Positions 55,403 to 64,000 of a stretch of DNA of 64,000 nucleotides are shown here, one piece after another. Position 1 is the stretch's first letter, and each line of letters begins with the position of its first letter. Source of the stretch: Octopus vulgaris (taxonomy: Eukaryota); assembly GCA_951406725.2 (NCBI GenBank), contig OX597814.1, forward strand, positions 173,166,001-173,230,000. Reading direction: 5' to 3'. A program made the position numbers and the translations under genes. Below the pieces are notes generated by a model. That model made no database searches and was not told the DNA's origin. It was given only the letters and a program-made list of their open reading frames with translations.

Positions 55403-55519
55403 GAAACATAGGAAAGTCCAAAGGAAAAGGAGAAGGAGGAGAATAATCGCCAACAGTCTACATGTAGTTATATTTATATGTGCATGTATATATATACATA
55501 TGTATTTACATATACAGGC

Positions 55520-55550
<31 letters not shown>

Positions 55551-55575
55551 TAGATAGATCGATAGATAGATAGAC

Positions 55576-55642
<67 letters not shown>

Positions 55643-56635
55643 GTGTCCTTTTTTATAGACAGTAGGGTGTGATTTGATGGCGATTTTAACTACAACTACT
55701 ACGATTATCAGGTCAATAATCCGGCAGGGTTTCTGTTTGCATGAAAAATAGTATAGTATGTTCCCGGTACATTACAATACTCATTCGCTTACCCTGTCAA
55801 CTCGAGTACAAAAAATAATATTTCTCCTAACTAGATTTAGGCTGAGATTCTAGAAGGCCGAGTCTGTTATATGAATTTTGTTTGGTGTTACAACTGTGAT
55901 TAGCTTAATCTCTAAAAATCATCAAAGAATACGCTGAGAGGCTGGAAATTGCATTCTCTCGTAGGCACTACATGGCCAAACCACTTGAATCATAATCATA
56001 CAGTCCTCCTTCTTCCAGATATGGTATCACTGTATTTTTTTTTTTTTAGCCAACGGAGTTAACTCCTATAAGGTTGGAGCTTTGATAGCAGTATCGACTT
56101 ACTTTCAACCTTATCATCCCAAATTTCTCATAGCAAACATGAAGAAAAAAACCAAAGTAAACAAGAAATAAACAATTGGATTAGATTGGCGTGTTCCTGT
56201 CTAAGCAAGATATAATATGTTCTATTAAGAGGAGGGTAAACGGGGGAAAAATTAGACCTCTAATGCATCTATGCAATAATTTTAGATAATATTAGAGAAT
56301 TTCGTGATCGTTTAATAGTGTATAAATTTATTTTTTTGTTACTAACATAAACACTATCATATTTCTTGTCAGGGGAGTCAAATATATTAGGTAACGGTTT
56401 GATTTATAAAGGGAAGCGTTCCTTTGATCAGTAGAACCGTATGCTACAATGAGTCAGTCATTAGCGTAATCTGCGATATTTACATCTCAGCAGGAATTTT
56501 ACTGAAATGCTACAGCTCACAAATCGATGGTCATCAATGATCTCAAGATTCTCGTTAGCTATCTTTCTCTTATTAAATTTTTTCTTCTATATTTGTTTGT
56601 ATATTTAACTCGGTGTTATCTCCTCTGTTACCATA

Positions 56636-56667
<32 letters not shown>

Positions 56668-56967
56668 AGTGTGGAGAGACGGAGAGAGAGGCTATGCTAT
56701 CTTCACGATAAGCAGGTTACTTGGTGGGGGTTGTTGCATTTTAAGGTAATGGGGGCTATAGATGCGCCTCTCTTAAAGAATAGATTTTTCATACAGACGT
56801 CCTATACTGTTAATTTCGTAATATTGATGATGATGATGATAATGATGATGATGGTCTTGCTGGTGTCGTAGTTTTTATTATTGTTATTATCGTTGCTCTT
56901 ATCGATGGTGTTGTTGTTGCTGCTGCTGAGGAGGCAAAAGGCTTCCATAGAGAATTATATGTGCATG

Positions 56968-57006
<39 letters not shown>

Positions 57007-57103
57007 CGGGAAGCTTTATGAAAATAAACAAAAGACGAAGGCAGGTGGAAAACAAACGAACAATTGTATTAGTATGGCGCTCAGGAAATATAAATAAAAC
57101 AAG

Positions 57104-57141
57104 TCTTTAACGTTTCGAGCCTACGCTCTTCAACAGAAAGA
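57104..57141 (-). ncRNA. minimal hammerhead ribozyme fold (core CTGTTGA)
   Basis: TCTTT CTGTTGA A GAGC GTAG GCTC GAAA CG TT AAAGA has a perfect 5 bp stem I, a 4 bp stem II and a GTT triplet. Confidence 0.7.
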
Positions 57142-57378
57142 TACACAGAGAGAGAAAAACACAGAAAGAAGGAGAGAAAAAAAATGCGTGCAGTAGCTAA
57201 CGAATCAACATGGCGATCTGATTTCGGCCAGAGGTCAAAGATCAAACATGAGACGCGAGAGCGAAATAAGGGGAGATAATAGGGTTGATAAAAGGGTTGA
57301 GGGACCAGCTAATAGTGCGTGGGAGGGGTCTGGATGTGTGTATGTATAGGGTTGGTGTATGTATTAGTATGTATAAGG

Positions 57379-57438
<60 letters not shown>

Positions 57439-58569
57439 GTATGTTTATACATGTATATGCATGTATATACATGTGTATGCATGTATCTATACATATATAT
57501 ATATGCAAATATGTATATATAAATATACATATATAGGCATACATACATGCATACATACATACTTACATACATACATACACAGATACATATATACATACAT
57601 ACACACATACATACATACATACATACATACACAGAGGAGTAAATGTAAGGAAAAGCAAGTTAAACAGGTCGATATACAAATAATATTAAATGCATTAAAT
57701 ACAAAAAAAGTATGTTGACATACAAGAAGGTCCGACTTACACAGGATCGAAATGATATAAAGAATTAAAGGGGTTGAAAAAGAGTGATAAAAATCCAAAA
57801 GCTGTTTATCCAAAATAATGGTTGTAAATTGATTTCATAGTCGGATGATACGATCCTCCGTCTTCAGGGAACAAATCTTACATTGACAGAAATCTTACGT
57901 TGACAGAAAAGAGAAACCATTTTTATATAGATGGCCGCTTATTGTAACCACCGAGTAGATTCTACTGTATATTGTAGTATTTCAGACTCTGGAAACCAGA
58001 CAAAACCGGCTGCACGGAGGACAGCCGCCACGCACTGATGGCCAACTCTATCGTAAGTGTCAGATTGTTCTATGTTTATTAACAATTCTCCCTATAATTA
58101 TGCAACTTGTCATGGATAGGTGTACCGAGAACAGCCAATGCCTGTGCCTTCTCCCACTACCGATAGGCATCTGTTTCTTCGTGCTTTGGCCAAAATCTTG
58201 AGCTATGCAGGCTATATTGATATGAGCGGTAATTGCCGATGATGATACTCACTTCTTATTACTGCCATACCTAAGCAGCTCCCTGGCTAATAAAACTAGT
58301 TGCGATAGACATCTGCCGAAAAAGGACTGAAAAATCTGGCAAATATCAATAGATCTCGCTAGGTCATTCTCAACGTTGTCCTGAAATCATGAAAGTGCGC
58401 ATATCGATTGCCGTCAGTGAGAGAACGTAATCCTTTTCTCACCCATGGATACCACAAATTCCACACGGATTAAAGACAAGTCAAACCTAAAGTGCAACCT
58501 AAACTCTTTTATTGTCTAACTGACAAGACATTAAGAAATATAAGTCAAACTTGAAACAATAGACAACAA

Positions 58570-59166
58570 TTTCAGTTTTTCTCGACCACCGGCTGAGTAT
58601 ACGTCCGGAGACAGTCAAAAGAAGCATTTGACCCAGACGGCCTTCTTCCAACTGTTAAAAACGGAGGAGGATCTGTGATAATCTGGGGAGCTATATCTTG
58701 GAGATCCACCGGCTTAATAGTTTCCCTTCATGGCTATTTAAGCATTTTATCTGATCACATTCATCCTATGGTTGGGGAACTGTTTCTGGAGGAAAACGCT
58801 ATCTTTCAGGAGGATAATGCACCAATTCACACAGCTAAAGCTGTTCCTGAATGGCACGAGGAGAATTCTAGTGAAGTTGAGCATCTTATTTTGCCACCAC
58901 AGTCCCCAGATCTCAATATTATTAAACATTCATGGTGCATTTTAGAAAAACAAGGAGTCGATATCCTCCACCATCATCACTACAAGAATTGGAGACTGTT
59001 TTAGCTGAAGAATGGACAAATATTCCTTTGGAAACAATTCAAACTTTGTACGAATCCATACCTTGTAGAATTCAAGTTGTAATTACTGCTAAATGCGCTC
59101 CTACACCATATTAAAATTAATTTTTTTGAAATTCCAAGGTGTTTCCATTATTTTGTCCAACCCTTG
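58570..59166 (+). mobile_element. Tc1-like transposon 3' half (decayed) with right TIR
   Basis: PTVKNGGGSVIIWGAIS...IFQEDNAPIHTA...PPQSPDLNII.H...IP.RIQ.VI.AK...TPY*, then the TIR-like GGTGTTTCCATTATTTTGTCCAACCCTTG. Confidence 0.88.
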
Positions 59167-59176
59167 TGTGTGTGTG

Positions 59177-59225
<49 letters not shown>

Positions 59226-59624
59226 CTACTAGCTACAGAGGCAGTATTAATACTAATAGATAATATTGATCTCTAAATTAACGGGGCGATTGAGGCAGAA
59301 CATACAATACAGCATTATATTATTTACTTTGAACGAATCTCTTATAAGGACTCGCGATGCATCGAAGCACTGAACATTATATCGCTAACAGACATGAATC
59401 GCCTGCTGCAGCCGCCAGAACTGCCAGATCACGTCATTTCACACGACTGTGAATTCCTCAGAGACGGATGTCCCGCAGCAACCTAACAGGCAGTGGTATC
59501 ACAAAGAGCCAGTGAGCTTACTAAAAATTAAATTAATAACAACTGAAGCAGTGTGAATATTAAAATGTAATCTTGATCTCCAGCATAGGGTGGAGGATTG
59601 TTAGAACACAGGAGAATATATATA

Positions 59625-59895
59625 TATGTATATATTAGAAGATATGAAGTCCTCAGAAATCTGAATGGTTTTATATTTACATATATTTATTAGTATGTCA
59701 CATGTTTTTATATATATAGCACTTTCGTCCACTGTAGTGGAGTTGTCAGATTAGAGTGGACGAAAGCGCTAATATATATAAAAACATGTGACATACTAAT
59801 GAATATCTGTAAATATAAAACCATCCAGATTTCTGAGCACCTCATTTCTTCTAATTTATAATACTTGTACATCTTCTCCAAACCTTCTAATATAT
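59625..59895. repeat. TA-flanked inverted repeat centred on a hammerhead-like motif
   Basis: Arms ~59633-59733 and ~59755-59855. The minus strand reads CTGACAA CTCCAC TACA GTGGAC GAAA GTGC TA. Confidence 0.8.
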
Positions 59896-59896
59896 G

Positions 59897-59975
<79 letters not shown>

Positions 59976-60140
59976 ATATATATATATACACACATACACA
60001 CACACATATATACATTTACATATATGTATGTGTGTGCGTGTATGTATACATATGTATGTAGATATATAATGTATACACACAAAAACACAGACACACAGAG
60101 GCGCATATACACACACACGCACACACACACACATACATAC

Positions 60141-60205
<65 letters not shown>

Positions 60206-60546
60206 GAAACATATATTCATATACATACATATGCACATATACGCACACACATAAGAGTATTTAATGAACTTTCTACAATCAGGGAAGACGAGGATTGTTA
60301 TTCTTGATTTTGTTTCTTTTTCATCATTCCATTTTTTGCACCGAACTTCTTCACGATTTTTTTCCATATTTTATCTTACTTTCTTACTGTCTAGCGTCCA
60401 TGTTTATTTTCAATTTTTAAACTATATGTGATGCAAAAACTGAGACTGACAGGTTGCTTTAAGATACATAGCGTATTTTATAAATACGCCTGTTCAAGTA
60501 ACATAATAGCATGTAACTATTAGCAGCTCTTTCGGATGTGTATTTA

Positions 60547-60629
<83 letters not shown>

Positions 60630-60634
60630 GTATG

Positions 60635-60692
<58 letters not shown>

Positions 60693-60695
<3 letters not shown>

Positions 60696-60809
60696 ACAAA
60701 CTGGGACAAGAACGTGAAACATTTAGAAGACGACACAAAAAACACGGACGGGACTTTCGAAGCCCTCAGTCATCAGTCAAGAACCGGATCATCTTCGCAA
60801 TTTCGGCTG

Positions 60810-60810
<1 letters not shown>
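60693..60810 (+). repeat. partial copy of the 13250 element, between TA tracts
   Basis: GGGACAAGAACG...CAGTCAAGAACCGGATCAT...GCAATTTCGG matches the left arm at 13260-13370. Confidence 0.85.
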
Positions 60811-60852
<42 letters not shown>

Positions 60853-61079
60853 CATCATACCATTAATTTCATTAATCTGGATAACGAAAACATATACCAG
60901 TAGAGAAGCAAGTCCGGAAAAATCCGAACTTTCGAGCCAGGTAACGAAATTGCCGAAACTGACGTCAGTATTAAGAATTCTCGATCGGAATTTTTCGGAC
61001 GATTTAGATCCCTGTTAGCGTATATGTTTCCATTTATGTGCGTTGACTACAGCATTATAGCATATTAGCACTTATTTCT

Positions 61080-61310
61080 TATTTCTTTATTGCCCAAAAG
61101 GGGCTAAACACAGAGAGGACAAACAAGGACAGACAAACGGATTTAGTCGATTACATCGGACCCAGTGCGTAACTGGTACTTAATTTATCGACCCCGAAAG
61201 GATGAAAGGCAAAGTCGACCTCGGGGGACTTTGAACTCAGAACGCTACGGCAGACGAAATACCGCTAAGCATTTCGCCCGGCATGCTAACGTTTCTGCCA
61301 GCTCGCAGCC
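61080..61310 (-). mobile_element. SINE family A with 19 bp TSD
   Basis: CATATTAGCACTTATTTCT at 61061-61079 and 61310-61328. Confidence 0.9.
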
Positions 61311-61438
61311 ATATTAGCACTTATTTCTAGCAACGTATGTGTGTCTAACACCCTAGTCACATTTAGTGACAATTATACTTCTCCTTTTTGGTGAAACATC
61401 GCAAACTGCTGTTTATGATAATTTTATACACACACACA

Positions 61439-61520
<82 letters not shown>

Positions 61521-61696
61521 TGTATGCATGTATTTAGAGAGTCAGACAGTCATACAGACGGAATCAGGAACAAATGGACAGGCAGACATACGTATACACG
61601 TTATTCCATTTTGTTTTGTGTATTTCATCTCTACTTCACAATGCTTCAAATAAACTATACTACTATAATGTCTGTCTGTATGCATAAATATATGTT

Positions 61697-61746
<50 letters not shown>

Positions 61747-62274
61747 AACACATACGTACACATACATATGTATGTATATGTATATGAATTTCGAAATTAT
61801 TGACATTTATTTTGCTTGTTTTATGAAATATTTTATGAACACATATTTCTTGCAGTGAATGATCTTGTGTATAGGTATAAGGTCATTTTTCTGCAATAAA
61901 TGCCTCTTAAACTACAATAAATGACAAGATTTAACATTGCTACCAGTGATATAATTCTCTTAATGTATTCTAATGAGATATGAAAGTATCGTAAAAACGC
62001 ATTGTTAATTGTCTATTTATACTCCAGAAAAGCAAAAGTAATGTGAATGTTATAATACGTAGGCTTCAAACTTTAATTGATATGGCTGGCAAAGGTCTGA
62101 TTTTTCTATCAAATGAAGCATGAAATCTGTTTAAATAAAACTCGACTTTATTATTACAGTGGTTATAAAATAAGAGAAACCTACTAAGCTCAAAGTAAGA
62201 TTTACAATGGAGGTTCTTCATAGTCAGCTTAATGTATATATGGAACATTGTTGCTGTAATATACAGAGATATCA

Positions 62275-62490
62275 AGGCGGCGAGCTGGCAGAAACGTTAG
62301 CACGCCGGGCAAAATGCTTAATGGTATCTCGTCTGTCTTTTATGTTCTGAGCTCAAATTCCGCCGAGGTCGACTTTGCCTTTAATCCTTTCGGGTTCGAT
62401 AAATTAAGTATCACTTGCGTATTGGGGTCAATCTAATCGACTGCCCCCCACCAAAAAAACTTTCGGTCCTTGTACCTAGCCTAGACAAGA
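62275..62490 (+). mobile_element. SINE family A (alternative tail)
   Basis: AGGCGGCGAGCTGGCAGAAACGTTAGC head plus body. Confidence 0.85.
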
Positions 62491-62626
62491 ATATACAAGG
62501 ATACCTTTGTGTTGCAAAAGAAGCCTCTATGCGGTCGATGACTTACTCGAAATAGATACTAAACATACCTCTTATTACATACTACCAACGTAAGTAAGGA
62601 ATATATTAAAAAATATAAAATATGAT

Positions 62627-63010
62627 CGGCGTGGATGTGTGGTAAGAAGTTTGCTTCCTAACCACATGGTTCCGGGTTCAGTCCCACTACATGACACTTT
62701 AGATAAATGACTTCTACTATAGCCTCGGGCCGACCAAAGATTGTGAGTGAATTTGGTAGACGGTATAAGAAGCCCGTCGTGTGCATGTATGTGTTTGTGT
62801 GTGTGTTTAATTTTGTGTGTCTTTGTGTCCCTCCCACCACCACCTGATAACCGATCATGGTGTGTTTACGTCCTCGTAACCGAGTGGTTGAACAATAGAG
62901 ACTGATAGATAAGCAGTAAGCTTTAAAACATAAGTCCTAGGATCAATTTGTTCGACTAAAACCCTTCAGATCGATACCCCGGCATAGCCTCAGTCGCATG
63001 ACCACAGCTG
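62627..63010 (+). mobile_element. SINE family B, degenerate
   Basis: GTGTGGTAAGAAG...GGTTCAGTCCCAC...CTACTATAGCCTCGGGCCGACCAAAG. Confidence 0.8.
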
Positions 63011-63267
63011 GAAAGCATGTAATTATAAGCAATTATAGCCGATCATGGTTAGCCAAAAGTGCAAACTCTCTTCAGCCAAGTCTATCCGACTTACCCTTTT
63101 CTTGTTCTCCCACTCCACTGAGCGTGTCTTACTTCCAATACTCTTCTCAAAAAACTGTCCACGCATATCTTTCTTCCTAGGACTGCAATCAGCTGGAATT
63201 ACCTATCTCCACAGACTTACCATGCAAACACACACTCACACAAGCGTGTGTGTTATTTGTGTGTGTG

Positions 63268-63299
<32 letters not shown>

Positions 63300-63401
63300 T
63301 TATTTATTTATATATGCACATATATATGTATGCACACACACATATATAGACAGAAAGATAAAGATAGATAGTTAGGCAGGCAGGTAGAGAAGTAAGTAGA
63401 T

Positions 63402-63441
<40 letters not shown>

Positions 63442-64000
63442 CATACATACATACATACATACATACATACATACATACATACATACATACATACATAGGC
63501 AGACAGACAGGCAGGCAGGCATGCAGCAGGCAGGTAGGCAAGTAGGTAGGTAGGTAGGTAGGTAGGTAGGTAGGTAGGTAGGTATTTCTTTGATAATACC
63601 ACAATATTAAATAGAAACTCAAGGAAAGTAAGGGAATAAAGATGAGCTGCAAAAGCTTTATTAATACAAAGCAATCAGCAATGCAGCGAGCTGGTAGAAT
63701 CGTTAGCTCGCTGGCCAAAATACTTAGTGGCATTTCGTGGATATTCATGTTCTGGGTTCAAATTCCTCCAATGTCGAGTTTGCTTTTCAAGCGTCGGAGT
63801 TGATAAAATAAGTAAGAGTTGAACACTGAGGACGTAATCGAAATTGCCAGTCCCTAAAATTGCTAGCCTTGTGCCAAAGTTTGAAGCCAGTATAAAGCCA
63901 CTAGTTTTCAACTCCGGTCCATATGGCTCTTGGAGCTTTTTTTTTTTTTTTAGGTCCACACAAGCAAAACTGTATATTAGGAATCTCTAACGCTTTACAT

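Overview
AT-rich eukaryotic DNA saturated with microsatellites ((TA)n, (CA)n, (TAGA)n, (TATG)n, (CAT)n, (TAA)n). The repeat landscape suggests a coleoid cephalopod, probably Octopus; this is an inference. I found no host protein-coding gene. Almost every ORF in the supplied track is a microsatellite artefact, and the few real protein signals are decayed transposons: R4/Dong RLE LINEs, CR1, RTE, mariner, a Tc1-like element and a pogo-like element. The window holds about 30 copies of at least four tRNA-derived SINE families (my labels A, B, C, E), several Helitron/Helentron-type elements and probable Penelope-like (PLE) remnants. Main observations: (1) several minimal hammerhead-ribozyme folds beside TA tracts, some with non-canonical cores; (2) a Helitron inserted antisense 6 nt inside the 5' end of a same-family Helitron, giving a spacer-less ~1 kb palindrome; (3) SINE-A multimers that share one exact internal junction at three loci; (4) a ~490 bp non-coding element inserted twice in one (TAA)n tract; (5) many long inverted repeats. 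All coordinates were read by eye and may be off by a few bases.
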